Source: Phoronis australis | Lineage: Eukaryota > Animalia > Phoronida | Length of the DNA stretch: 64,000 bases | Reading direction: 5' to 3' | Assembly (NCBI GenBank): GCA_002633005.1 | Contig: NMRA01000248.1 | Coordinates: 496,274-560,273, forward strand | Part shown: positions 12,801 to 26,000 of the stretch, in pieces | Position numbering within the stretch: position 1 is the stretch's first letter | Layout of the letters: every line of letters begins with the position of its first letter | The notes under the pieces: generated by a model | What the model was told of the DNA's origin: nothing | What the model saw: the letters and a program-made list of their open reading frames with translations, nothing else | Database searches by the model: none | Translations under genes and position numbers: made by a program

Positions 12801-14949
12801 NNNNNNNNNNNNNNNNNNNNNNNNNNNNNNNNNNNNNNNNNNNNNNNNNNNNNNNNNNNNNNNNNNNNNNNNNNNNNNNNNNNNNNNNNNNNNNNNNNNN
12901 NNNNNNNNNNNNNNNNNNNNNNNNNNNNNNNNNNNNNNNNNNNNNNNNNNNNNNNNNNNNNNNNNNNNNNNNNNNNNNNNNNNNNNNNNNNNNNNNNNNN
13001 NNNNNNNNNNNNNNNNNNNNNNNNNNNNNNNNGATATCGCGGGAGAGCCTATACTTAGCCATACTTCCGTTACGAATTTGACCCTTGAAATTGGATCTGA
13101 GCCCCTCCCCCCTCCCCAAACACTAAAACTGCACACATTTAAATCTTGTTTCATCCGTATAATTTTAATTACCGGGGTTAATTAATAAACTCAACATTTC
13201 CCTACCCTCTTGCTGTTTTACTTTTTTTTGCTGCAGCCAAGGGGGGAGGAGGGTTAGGGCCGGGCCCCCTGCCCCCCTAAATCCGCCTATATATTGTCTT
13301 TGTATAAGGCTATGGCAATACCCACAAACATTATTGGTCAACTTTTATATTCCAAAAATGCGGTATTCCGAAGAATGTTGCGGTGCTAGTTCTGTTTCGA
13401 GTGCATCGCTACCGTAGCCAGTTTCCAACGAGTGCATATCACCTCACAATTTTCTTTGGAAATCACGTGAAAAGTTTTTAAAATAGATGCTATCAGACTG
13501 TACATTCCAGAGAAACTCCAGTTTGGCAAAAGCTGAAGCTGAAGTTGGCGCTTGACTGGTTTTGACCTTATTTTGCAGCATCACCGCCACCTTGGCGTCG
13601 ATTGGTGCTGCTGGCGTCCCGCAGGCGGGATTGGTTACAATGTCCATTGTATTGACAGCTGTCGGTCTGCCGCAGACTGATGTTGTCTACATCATCGCCA
13701 TAGACTGGCTTCTGTAAGTATTCATTGACTGAAAAAAGTGTGAGATTGCGTGCTCAAAATATGTAGCGGCGGATGAAGCGCAGTTCTCGAAGAAAATTGT
13801 CCACTTCTTCTTCAGCGTGTTATGGTGCGCCCACTAACAGGTGTTTTGTTACTGGTCGAGTGTATTGTGTAATGTAATCATTCCCTGCTTTCCTTTTGTC
13901 TCTTGTAATCATATGATCACCTTGTAATGGATTGTCCCATTATGATATGTATTTTTGATTATGACACCACGATTAACAACTGTTTATTCTCCGCCTTGCT
14001 ACAATGAGCTTGGGACAGCTTGATGCCGTGTGGTAGGCTGACTGCCACATATTGTCCATTTAGGCTATAGAAGTACGAATGAAATGTGTTTAACAACTCA
14101 TTTTGATACTACACATTAACACTAGTATGATTTAAAAACCCGTGACCGATATTCATCGTAGCTGAAGATTTTTAGTTGTCACCCATGCACCCTCATGACT
14201 CAACCGGAAGGAGAAACACTTGGCAACGGAGGGAGGGGATAGAGTGATAATGGTGACGACCGGAAAGGTGAAATTATTTCGCACCTATATTCGGAATAGG
14301 ATGTGTCACATGCTGTCCTCCCCGAGTCGCCAAGCTCATTGACGCCTACGCGTTTCGTGCGTAACGTACCGAAAAATATTTATTGTCGGTACACCGGTAA
14401 TTTTCAAAGACTAATTAAAAATGCATTTTGATGTTAACAACAATCATGGAAACACCGTAGGTGGTCGTGTTGTATTTTGACATCGCTCAACGACCAGTCA
14501 TAGTCCTATAAATCGTTGTAATTTGCTGGGTAATTCTAAATTAGTCGAGTGTGTTTGGTCGGTTAGTTCCCAAAAGTCACGCATGGACATGCGCGCGTTA
14601 ATCCTACTAACGTGTATCAACGTCAATACTAGGGTTGGCCTCTCATGGGGGTATGGCGACCATGTATTTTGGAGCCGTTCTTTAATGAAAATGTGAATTC
14701 TCTCCGACTTGCAGAGATAGATTTCGAACAATGGTGAACGTGCTTGGCGACAGTATCGGAGCTGGTATTGTTTATCGCTTCAACAAGAAACAGCTGGAAG
14801 ACATAGATGAAGAGGAGGCTGCAGCCTCGGTCTCAAATGTCAGCCCACCCCATTATGTTGACATTGCCAACTCCAAAGCGACGGACCTGTCAAATGGCGA
14901 AACAAACAATGGATTCGTACCTGATGGCGAGGCAAACACCGCCTTGTAA
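6377..14949 (+). CDS. SLC1-family excitatory amino acid (glutamate/aspartate) transporter, 8 coding exons, 514 aa
   Basis: Exons 6377-6828, 6988-7030, 7570-7624, 10778-10973, 11710-11943, 12493-12687, 13579-13713, 14715-14949. All introns are GT-AG with matching phases; total 1545 nt = 514 aa + stop. Family motifs: [28 protein letters not shown] (HP1), [19 protein letters not shown] (TM7), [12 protein letters not shown] (HP2), [16 protein letters not shown] (TM8). No one-to-one vertebrate SLC1A orthologue can be assigned. Confidence 0.96.
6988..7030 (+). CDS. SLC1 transporter exon 2
   Basis: tttccag acceptor; [14 protein letters not shown] (conserved FPxNLVxACFQQ); CAG|GTAAG donor. Confidence 0.93.
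7570..7624 (+). CDS. SLC1 transporter exon 3 (extracellular loop with N-glycosylation sequons)
   Basis: ttttag acceptor; [18 protein letters not shown]; G|GTAAGT donor; supplies the required phase 0 to 1 bridge. Confidence 0.8.
7980..8376. mobile_element. Inverted-repeat element with a tRNA-like head and hammerhead-like motifs (Penelope-mobilised SINE/retrozyme-like relic)
   Basis: Arms ~7980-8138 and ~8232-8376 are diverged reverse complements. The spacer has an A box TGGTGTAGTGG (8174-8184) and a B box GGTTCAAATCC (8198-8208). Each arm carries CTG(A/T)CGA-TGG...CC-GAAACGTC. Confidence 0.65.
8039..8074 (-). ncRNA. Minimal hammerhead ribozyme-like core
   Basis: Minus strand reads CUGACGA U GGCCG aagaauaggc CGACC GAAAC GUC: intact CUGANGA and GAAA boxes, stem II with one mismatch, palindromic ACGU in place of helix III. 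Stem I is not clearly preserved. Confidence 0.5.
10778..10973 (+). CDS. SLC1 transporter exon 4
   Basis: [10 protein letters not shown]...[16 protein letters not shown]...MKLITVVIW; attatag acceptor, TG|GTATGT donor. Confidence 0.92.
11710..11943 (+). CDS. SLC1 transporter exon 5
   Basis: [17 protein letters not shown]...RKNPF...ALGTASS; canonical splice sites. Confidence 0.95.
12493..12687 (+). CDS. SLC1 transporter exon 6 (HP1 end, TM7 NMDG)
   Basis: [12 protein letters not shown]...[26 protein letters not shown]; canonical splice sites. Confidence 0.96.
12710..13031. other. Assembly gap (322 N) in SLC1 intron 6
   Basis: Run of Ns. The flanking exons join in frame with contiguous family sequence, so no constitutive exon appears to be missing. 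Confidence 0.99.
13579..13713 (+). CDS. SLC1 transporter exon 7 (HP2)
   Basis: [21 protein letters not shown]...AIDWLL; ttttgcag acceptor, CT|GTAAG donor. Confidence 0.96.
14715..14949 (+). CDS. SLC1 transporter exon 8 (TM8, C-tail ending NTAL)
   Basis: [19 protein letters not shown]...EANTAL*; cttgcag acceptor. Confidence 0.95.
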
Positions 14950-16447
14950 TAAACAAAATGGAGCCGTGTATCTTAACTACATGTTTGAGGGAACAAACAA
15001 GACAATTAGTTAAATAATAGGTAAATTTGACGACCTCTTTGTAAACTAGATTGATATATTCATGGTCATGCCTTTTGCAACTGAAGAAATGAAATGTAAG
15101 TATTGTATACACTTGTTGCATATTGTTGTGTTTTGGCAGCAAACTTGCATATGTATTCAGATAAAACTTATGAAAAGGAAAATCTAATTTGTTGTTATCT
15201 GTTCCCGCAACCCACGTGCGAGTTCTGTGCGATATTGTACTTGATGGTCTATTGCTAGGCATTATTTGTCTTGGAAAACTGCACTTTTGACTAAAACACT
15301 AACTAAATGACTAAAAGAACAGAAATTTTGTGTAAATTGTTTTCATTTTCGCCATTTCTTTATGGCCTATACCTGATGAATTGGTGCATTTGATTTTATT
15401 TCCATCTCAAAAATCATGATCTTTAGGGCGTTTTTTAACGAGGTTCCGTTGGTTTAGAATAGTACAAACATCTGAGGTGGGATTCCCTTTGTATATATCG
15501 TAAAAAAGATGTTCAACTACGAAGTTACTTGCAGTTTAAGTTTTTTAAAAATCCTCAATCAAAGCAAAATAATACTTGCTAAAATGGCTCCCAGATGATG
15601 AAAAAAAACTGTGACACTGAAGATTGATAGGTTAACATTGGGCAGCTGAAAAGATATTTTATGAATTGTGAAAGGACATTACGAAGGTTTACAATTACCT
15701 TCGTTAAATACCATGTGTAAAATGTTTTGAATAAGATGCTGTCTTGATGTACTGTTTCTCGTCTCTGTGAATGATTCTGTGTTTGTGTGTGAATTAAAGG
15801 GGTGTATAGCCAGAGAAACTTAGTCTAGCGGTAGACTTACACCTCCGACCATAGAAATAGTAAGTCTATGATGGAGCAAGTTGATCCAGCTAGAAATTAT
15901 TTACGATCGACATATGTATCACCGATAAAAATACGTACGTCACAAGCTCGTTACCCGAGTTGAAAAGGAGACCGAGGTTGGCGAAATGAGGCCATTTATT
16001 ATGACAGAATGCAAATACAAAGAATGAGGAAGAAAATAAGATACAATATGTAGAAATTAACAATTCTAGTTAGGTAGGTAATAACAAGCACCACAGGAAC
16101 TTTCAGTGTACACCTGACTATTGACAGAGTTCAGCGGAATTTCGCCGTTGTTTAGCTGTCGACTGAAGCGCTTTGGTATCCAAAATATTCCTACGCTTAA
16201 CCTACCTTGAATTGCAGCCGAATGAGCCGGCAATTCAAGCCAGAGCAATGCGTGCAGGTGCCATTTTCGAATTCGTAGTTTTTGACCAACCACAGTTAAC
16301 TCCGAAGCGTTTCCTTGAGGCGCTGATGCTTTTGCCGTCCTTGATGTTAACGGAAACTAAATAGTATATAGGCTAGAAACGCTTCGTTTTATCTGCTTAG
16401 TGAAAAAGCCTCATGATAGACTAGTGTGCTAGTTATTTGTCAAAATG

Positions 16448-16469
16448 AATAAATAAATAGATATACAAC

Positions 16470-16500
<31 letters not shown>
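16448..16500. repeat. (AAAT)n microsatellite, overlapping candidate AATAAA poly(A) signals for the SLC1 gene
   Basis: AATAAATAAA... runs lie 1.5 kb downstream of the stop codon; the poly(A) role is inferred. Confidence 0.8.
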
Positions 16501-17517
16501 GAAATGACTTATGTTGTGTTTAGTGAAATGAGTTTTCAAGTAAAATCTGACTTAGCGCCGTAAACAGTGGAGACGGACCATACACTAGAGAACGAGTCCT
16601 CTGTTTGCGATGAGCTTTCTAATACTGTTATCAGGAAAACAAAATAAGAATATCTCTTCGCAAGTCTTCATGTAGCAGCTTTACCACTGCTAAAAGAAAC
16701 AAATTAAGTAAATTCAAGTGTAGGTCGTAGTAGAAAAGCTTATATTTTAATCATACGTGTTTTTCCAGCATATTTTTGCGTCTAATGTTTAAAACATGAA
16801 GCAAAATCATGAAAATAAACTTTTTATAAAATTAAAACAAACTGGAAACAACCAGTTACAAGTCTCGGTTGGGACAAAGATCTTTTCACACTTAGCTATA
16901 GATCAGGTTATATAACCAGGGTAGAGGTCAATTGCTGTCTCTCGGCGAGAAAATCTAGCAAAAATCGCGTGCTCTGATAAAAACACACAGCAATATTTCG
17001 AGTGATCTCAAGAAGTCTCGCTTTTCTAGCGACTCTCTAGTGTTATTGAAGTCACCATATGGCACGCAAGAAGATAAATAGTTCTTACCGATCATATCAA
17101 CGCGCTGGTTTAAAGCAGCACAATTATAAGCATGCTTCTTATTTCACTTTGCCTCACCTTGCCGAATTGAAATTGCTCATGTTATGTGACCATGCAAATA
17201 AGAAGAAACTTCATAATAACTTGAAAAATATACAAACAATAGAATTACAATTCAAACATATTAAAACAACTCAAATGGCCTTAAAAGAAAATAAAACAGA
17301 GTGAGCACATGGTACGTGAAAAAAGTGTTAGTGCAAACGGTAACACGTTTATATTGTGTGTGAAAGTTAAAAATCTTCAATGCAGACGACCCTGAATCAA
17401 ACATGGTTTACGCATGCAATGAACGAATGAACAGATAAAAAGTAGAAAACAAGAATTGGCATGAAAATGTCGAAATGTCGAATGCGGTGATCTACGGTCG
17501 CGTAGTAATTAAAAAGA

Positions 17518-20500
17518 CTACAAAAAGTTGGCATAAGTGTCAAACGACTGAATGAACTTCTCCGCCATATTGTACAACGAAGTGTATTGGTCCTGAAAAA
17601 ACAAAATACACAGGCTGAAAACAAAGTGTGGGCACAACGAAGACGAAGGAAAACAATAGTAAATAGTCCAGAAATTATTATTAGTACACTTGTAAGTTAT
17701 TATTCCATTCCCAGCTGTGGATTAAGTAACGATTCCCCAATTCTAAAAACAGAAAAGAAATCTCACGTTTGAATCTTCAAGTTCTTTGGATTGGCACAGG
17801 CCAGTCAAAGTTTCTTCAGAGATCACGCGAGACCACGAAAAATCGTTGGAAAGAAAGACAAGTGCTTCGGTAGTATGATCCAGACCCTATTAGCGTAAAC
17901 TAGTTAAATGGCAACCACTTGAGTGATTGGTCCCTGAGATTGGATTGTTAAATAATGAATTCATTAACTATGAAATTCACGGTTTCTGGTCCATAACAGA
18001 AGATGTCGCTGCCTGTGCAAAGTAATGTGAAGTATCTAAGGAATGCATCCTTGAACCAATCAAAGTTGGAGCCTCGACCACTCTCTGACAAGACACAGTC
18101 GAAACGTACTACGATGCACTGAAGTCACCGGCGGCCGGTTGTATGAAACAATCCCATATGGGGACTTTCCTACGTTCCTGAACTATTCGCCGCATTTGCG
18201 GACTTGGAGAAAACACTTATTGAACTTTCCAATGCTATTTTGTCTTCATCACTATGTCAATTTTAACTTGACACACACCGAAAGTTAACTCTATTCATGT
18301 AATTTCCCCACTTTAAAGACATTTTAGTAAAAGAAGAGCTCATAATAAAGACAAAGCCGTAGTATTTATTATAGTGACGTAGTGAAACATAGTATTTGTG
18401 GGTAAAAAAACACAGAAATGCACAGGAGATTTAGAAAAATATTAGCTGAGTGCCTACTTAGGACACTTTCCTGTAACAGAGCAAAAATGCTTTTAGAAAG
18501 TGACGTCATTAAACACTTGGTAATTTCTATAACACGGAGCAATAACACACAATCCATATCGGGAGGAACTTACCAAGTTGGTAATAAATTGCCATCTGAT
18601 GGCTCTGATGTTCTTCACAGTCTGGAATACGTCGACACCCTGTTCAACTTTGATCTTCTCAAACAGGTTGAAGAGAGCACACATGTATCCACTACGTGTA
18701 CAACCGTCACTGAAATGAAGCACTTGTTTAGACTTTATAGACACCCTGACATTCCAACCTCTTCACAGTACCCCGGTTATACAATTTTACCATTTTACCT
18801 CGGCTTCAAGGTCTTGGATATTTTGAAAGCAAAGGCACCAATGTGAATCAAAATAAAAACTAATTTTAATTGGTCTTTTAAGATTAATATACAATAAAAC
18901 AGCTACAAAACCGTCTTCTGTTACAAAAAGAAACTACGGTTCATGTCAGTATCTGACAGTTGTGAAACTCCTTATAAAACTGAAGGCGATTTCTGGTCTA
19001 AGGAAGTAATGACAATTCGTAATTGCTTCAGAAATGACACTAGGAGTTGCCTTGCCACAATAAGCGTCACTAACTGGCAACATGTTCCGGAACAAAAACG
19101 AACTGTAAGTTCTTTACTAGCCTAGAACCACTTCCTATCTCAGTTTCGAAACAGCCGAGATCTGAAAAGGTGGTTTCTGTGAAGGAAGGAGTATAACTGC
19201 TTTCACGCATTTCTAGATCCAAAATATTCTGTTTATGAGTACAAAAGTGTAGTTACACACAAACAATATGACAGTTGCGTTCTTCGCAGTTTGTTGCTAC
19301 GCCAGTTCCACAATCACGTGTCTTAACCTGTTGGTCAGATGGAATCGGCGAAGTCAATCATGTGCAGGCGTTTCTATATCCAACATGATTAGTTTGAGAA
19401 CTTACTATATTTACTTACAAACAATGTATTACGGCCGCGTTCTTCCCGGTTTTTCGCTGCGCCAGCTCCACAATTTCAATAAGTTCAATAAGCGCACTTT
19501 GTAGGTCCGATGGTGGCACAGCCAATTTGTTTGGCCAGTCTCTCAATTGAAAATGTTTAATTTCCCGAACTTCGCTGTTTTTCTGGAAGAAACAACTCAA
19601 AATGTGACTATGGTTTTGCTGTTCAAGAAGATAAATACATTCTCAAGTATTATAAATATTAAGGCGGTGCGTTCTTAGTTTTCCATTGTGTTCTTAGTGC
19701 TGTTCGTACGACTGCATTTGGTCGGAACCCTTCCGTCTTAGTCATCGGATGTCGCCCGATTAGCAAGCCCGTTAACTTACGACACATTGTGAAGTTTATC
19801 TGGCATTAGGTTTATTATTCATGACAGTCTAGAGGCAAACATACACTCATTACTTCCTGAAAGGAAAAAAAGCTCACGGACAACAGTGATGCTGGACCAT
19901 AAGACGTACGTTTTAAATAGAATGGAACATCAGGATTAAAGAGTCAAGATGTTAGTAGTGAGACCACTCAAACGAATGACGCTAGTGGTATACCCTATAT
20001 ATATATAGGATAGACCGATTAATGAATTTGCAAGTGTGGCATTGTCTGGGCAATACCTTATTAAGTTTTCAATTCAAGTCCTTTTTTCGAAGCTCATTTA
20101 TTTGAGAAAAGCTCATTTCAAATGAGAAGGTGTTCGCAGTGAACAAGTACACTTACCTTCCTAGCGTCAGTCAAAACTAGAGTTCGCTGCTCGATAACTT
20201 TGCCGTGGTGATACCTTGACTCAACACATTTCACTTCATAGCGTCCAAAGCGCACAGACTCTTCGTCCGGCCAGTATTGGGGACAAGTCTAAAATAGAGA
20301 GTCAACAGCAGCTGAGAAATGAAGCTACCCGGATGTCTGAGTGAAGATATCAAAATTATTTGTTCTACCGACAAATGAATGCATTCTGGAAACGCTGGTG
20401 GCAAGACTTCAAATCTCATTTTACCGATTGAAAAGGATACCAAGCCCTGTTTTTGGCCTACATGTATTAACATATATTAAAAACAACTTGTCTAATCCAA

Positions 20501-23023
20501 TTCTCTGGACCAAGGTAATGCTCTGTAACCCCCCCCCCCAACAACCCTCAAAAGGCTTGGCGACATTTTGAATTGGTTGAAATCATAAAAACAAGGTTTA
20601 GTATCCTTCTAACAAAAACGAAATGTTCTGCATTCGCACCTTCTAGGAAATATCAAGTGCCTCGTAATCCTGTTTTTGTAAATGATGCTAACGACAAGAC
20701 AACGATGAAAAAACAAGGGGCAAAGCACTTGAAATCTTACGTCATCGTTTTGGCTCGCGTCGCCCAGCATAACGATCACATGACAATTGTGATCGTGAAT
20801 CATCCGCCAGAAATCACAAACTGTGTCCGGTAACGGACTCTGCGTAACGATGAAGGCATCGCGTTCATTGTATCCCTAAAAATGGACAAATCTGTAAAAA
20901 TGACATAGCGACATACCAGTAACATTCAACACGCTATCTTCTGAAGTTTTTCCGTTTTGTTTTAAAGTGGATCAAAATCGACTAAGACACGAAGATTCGC
21001 CAGCTTTAGACTTTCAGGAGTCTCAAAAATTCTCAACTGACAAACTATTACATTACACTTGAGGACTACTATAGTCGAACGAAGGACTGTCTAATAAATG
21101 ACAAAACATGGAATTTTAAGCAACTGGTTGTACACACATCGACTCAAATTTCCACATGATGAAAGAATGATGAAAACGTAAATGGCAAAAACGAAGTTGA
21201 GAGCAAATTACATTGGAAACAGTTACCTGCAGCTGTAACAACAAAACACGTGCATAGCAGAAGGAAAGGTGACACAAGAGAGAATTCCGACAACTGATGA
21301 AACTACATTTAGAGTGGAACTTGAAGGGTAATGGTTTTTCTCTGTGATTGCTTGGCAAATTAGTTAGAAACACAACATTTAGAGACGATGTAAATATGAC
21401 GTAGGTTGAATGTTTTTAAGAACGAATTTTGTGGCGAAAGTGATCCGCCGTAAATCACTGCACCGTGTCCAGTAGGTATCGTGACGTGCTGGTGATGTGA
21501 CACTGCACGCCAGCTATGTGAGGCCGCGAGGAACTTCACTAGTGCAAAGGTCAACTATTAGGAGATTTTTTCTTTTCATATTTACTAGTTGTCAATGATT
21601 ACAGCTGACAAACGTTATCTAATTACTCTAGACCATTCTTGGCTACCAAAACAACCCTCTGTGATAAGTAAGGTAGTTCCTTAGCAACGACTAGTCATTT
21701 CTTTCCAACACCAGAATTCATCAGAGTTTTGCATATATGGAACAAATTGGAGATTGATTTCATAACTGTACGTGGTCTAAATTAAAAGTACGTTTTTGAC
21801 AGGAGGTGGCGTATCAGTTCACTCACGTTCACAAACACTGCATTGATATAGTCATTTCCTCCATCATCTGCTGCCGTCATCAAGTAGGCACGAGAACTTC
21901 CAACTGAAAATAGAACCTTACATGAGTGCCTGACGAACGGCTTAATCTGACGTAGCTCTAAGACTAGGGTCCAGAAACAAACTTGAAAGTATGTTGGCCT
22001 ATGTACACTAATGTCTAGCCTGTTTACACTGGCACTGAATGTAAAAAGTATTGGCCCAGATAGAAAAAAAAGGTTTTGATAGTCTAACAGAAGTAGGGAA
22101 ACAGAGACTGCGTTTGGAGCTGAACTCCTTAGTCACCTAATGGTGGGTTGTAGGTGCTGCCCATCGTTCTGTGACCCGGAAGTAGTGAAGCGTCGTGTAG
22201 GATTAAACTGAAGCTCATTGGAGTCGATAAGGATATCGTCTTTAAACTTTATGGGGAACTGATTTTCTTCTTTAGCCGGGTTTGCCGTGATCACTGTATA
22301 CACAATGTCTAGAGGCACCAAGCTGTTCGCATACTCCAGTCGGTTTGTCCAGTTTCCTATGTCCTTTGACTCTGGTACCTGGGAGTCGCTTGGTTTCTCC
22401 AGTCTACGTGACCAGGGGCTTCGAATTCCTCATACATACGACTTTATACTACTCTTTGGTCACAGAACGGCAGGAAACACGTCAAACAGTCATCTGTGAA
22501 AAAGGACTGTAGAGTGCAGTACGAAGCGTCCAAAGCAGCAGGTACGCAGTGTCTGAGTAAGTCAATTACTTTACCTAATATTAGTCCTTCCAGCATTTGC
22601 ACGACTGAGCCCATTACTTTTTTAGATAATGTCGGGCATAATCAAAAAGACGATGAATCGCTAGTCACATTTAACCAAATGATCCTACTCAGAGAGAATG
22701 AGGATAACGGCATTATTGCGAATCTCCGGGATTTGCACTAAGCACAGTACCCTTTAAAGATAACGGACGGGTATATTGAAAAAGTGGGTAATAATCGATA
22801 TTCATATTTAAACTAGGGAGGTGGGTCACCATCAACAAATCTTTTGAGAAGTCCGTTAATTTCACGTCAAAATGTTAAAAGTCTTCATTTTGTACACATA
22901 AAAGGCAAAAATTCTAGACTCACGTGGTAGAATGTTTGAATCTCTATTCTTGGGGGCATTTTCTTTCAATTTCCCGGCTGCATACTCTTCAACGTCTGCG
23001 GCCAGACACAGGCGGTTAAGAGC
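17518..23023 (-). CDS. RPTP membrane-distal PTP domain D2 (degenerate) and C-tail
   Basis: [32 protein letters not shown] in place of WPD, HCFDGCTRSG; ends SFDTYANFL* with TAG at 17520-17518. Confidence 0.94.
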
Positions 23024-26000
23024 CTACGATCACAAACACCAATAACAACAACAAAAATATGGACAAAAGCTGCAACAACGGCAGAAAAACAGCTACCAAC
23101 AACCAACAGCCACGGCATTACTGCCAATACTAATTAATGTATATAAAATAACAAAATCACAGGCTTAAAAAGATACTAAACCCTGTTTTGACAATTTCAA
23201 CAAATTATCGCTCCGTCACGTACCAATACATCATTGGCGTTCGACTTGAATTATACAAGCCGGTAGAGTTTATCTAAAAACTCATACTCTCCGTCAACTA
23301 GATATGATATTACGGTTGTCGGTGCGTGGACTTTTCCAGCAGTTGTCGAGTTATTCGCCAAGAACGCAGGTCACGCTTGCTCGCTTAGTAGACTTGGCAA
23401 GAACTAAGAAGTTTTCAACTTATGCTCCAAAATTTTGAAAATTGTGGAGTGTTACAAGGCATTATTTGTTTCAGATAACTGAATGAGAAAGTCGCTTTTA
23501 ATATCTGCCAAAATCTGGTTCGGTATCCCTTTTAACGCTGTTCTTCGCTTCCTTCACCTGGATGAAAAGGAAATCAAATTAGGTCATTTATTCTCGGTCA
23601 CATATTTATTCGTGATAGTATTCCCAACATCGAGACCATCAGCAACTCAAGAAAACGCGTCAGTTTTTATTGGGTTTAGCCAAACCTTAAACTTGCGAAA
23701 TTCAAAATGACGTATAAAAGCATCGACTGTGGCTTGAGTTGACAATGGAAATGTCATGGAATATTACGAGACCAACATTATGAGAGTAAATGGCCTAATT
23801 TGAGTTTTTTCTTCAGTTGGCGGAGCTTGACGAAATGTACCTTTGAAAGCAAACGAAAACAAAAACAAAAACAAAAACAAAACACACATTTCGAAGGAAA
23901 CATTCATGAGGTAATAAAAAAACTTTCGTTGGCTGGCCAACAAAACTTTGACAGCAATTGCTGAGTATCACGTGCAAGAGACAGAGTTTCCAGAGGGTAC
24001 TTACGTCAAGCTCATTCTTCAAAGTTGTCTTGCTTGACATGATTTCTTGCAGACGAAACTGAAAGTCAGCTGTTGGGATGAAAGTGTCGCCCGTATGTAG
24101 CTTTTCTACCATTGCGGTATAGATGAACTTGTATTGGTCCTTAAAACAATAACACACAGTGCTTAAATCATACGTGTCATTCAAATTGTAGTTCGAATCA
24201 TATATTTATTCAGTTCCCTTCCGGAAATACTCGTCGCCATGGTAAATACCCAGCTTCATCAGTCATCAGACGTCACACCTCTTTCTCACTGGCTAAAAAC
24301 CGCTAAAAGCGGCATGAATTTAGTACGCCTAAGATGGTTTCAAGCAGATGATTAAACTTTGGTTTTTGATTGATTTTAAGAGTAAAACCTATACATATAT
24401 GAAAAAGCTACAGTTTAAATGTTTGCTAACATGTAATTTGTTGGCTCACGCAAAATGCTCATAAAATCTCAACCTGTTTCAGTTAGTATGAAGGATAACT
24501 GTTTTGGAAACATGGACTACAGTTTACGGACCAGGAGCAGTTATCCTATATTCTTTGGCAAAATCAAATGAAAAACACATTGCCTTTCCAAAAGAAAACA
24601 ATGCTGATAAAAGTTTTGATCAATTGCAGTGGTTTTGTTTGAAACAGGAACCGCATTCCTTTCATTATACATGTACACAATGCAGTGCACACACATTATT
24701 CAATTTCAAGTAAAATATTCGTACCAGCGTTTGCACCATGTTGACTCGCTGCTGGCGAAGTAGATCAAGTTGGCCTAGAATGTCAACAGCACCCTCCGCG
24801 TCTGCTTGATCGCACAGAATGTCCATCATGATGAAAGTACCAGTTCGACCCACGCCAGCACTGAACATGTGAAACGTGAAGTTTAGAACGCCGTGTCATT
24901 AGTGACATCAATTAGAGTGCTAGCCGATCGGACTGTTGGTTAAAAACTGAGAGTTCTATGTTGAGACTATGCTCAATAAGTTGTCTTAACCAGACTGTTT
25001 ATGTAGAACTTGGTTTCACGCAAGAACGCAACTATCCGTCGTTTCCACGCACAGGAACCACAAAAGTGATACAACGTACAACTTGCGAGTTGCAAGACAC
25101 TAACCTCACCAACCACCCACTGGCAATGAGACTAGAGACTGTTGCGACATTATATTGTCGCACTCGACACATGCTGTCACCTGGACCTCAATATACGTCA
25201 CAGCAAGGCCCATTCCGTAATGAGCATCGTACTCGTGAGCGAACGCCAGTGACAGCACACGATTCATAACTAATTCATGACAATCTCTCGTGAATACTCG
25301 CATAATCTCGCAAAACTCACAAGGATCATAACCTTACGAAGAACAGCTTACATGTAGTTTGANAAAATGTTAAAAGTCTTCATTTTGTACACATAAAAGG
25401 CAAAAATTCTAGACTCACGTGGTAGAATGTTTGAATCTCTATTCTTGGGCGCATTTTCTTTCAATTTCCCGGCTGCATACTCTTCAACGTCTGCGGCCAG
25501 ACACAGGCGGTTTAGAGCCTACGATCACAAACACCAATAACAACAACAAAAATATGGACAAAAGCTGCAACAACGGCAGAAAAACAGCTACCAACAACCA
25601 ACAGCCACGGCATTACTGCCAATACTAATGAATGTATATAAAATAACAAAATCACAAGCTTAAAAAGATACTAAACCCTGTTTTGACAATTTCAACAAAT
25701 TATCACATCATTGGTGTTCCACTTGAATTATACAAGCCGGTAGAGTTTATCTAAAAACTCATACTCTCCGTCAACTAGATATGATATTACGGTTGTCGGT
25801 GCGTGGACTTTTCCAGCAGTTGTCGAGTTATTCGCCTAGAGCGTAGGTCACGCTTGCTCGCTTAGTAGACTTGGCAAGAACTAAGAAGTTTTCAACTTAT
25901 GCTCCAAAATTTTGAAAATTGTGGAGTGTTACAAGGCATTATTTGTTTCAGATAACTGAATGGGAAAGTCGCTTTTAATATCTGCCAAAATCTGGTTCGG

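Noticed and set aside
12610-13185. Three long ORFs in the track
   Set aside because: Artefacts of translating through the N gap.
14348-14357. CGAAACGCGT on the minus strand (Penelope hammerhead half-motif)
   Set aside because: No CUGANGA box upstream.
18085-18108. CTGACAAGAC-ACA-GTCGAAACGTA, a hammerhead-like motif
   Set aside because: The CUGANGA box lacks its G and no stem I is evident; at best a dead relic.
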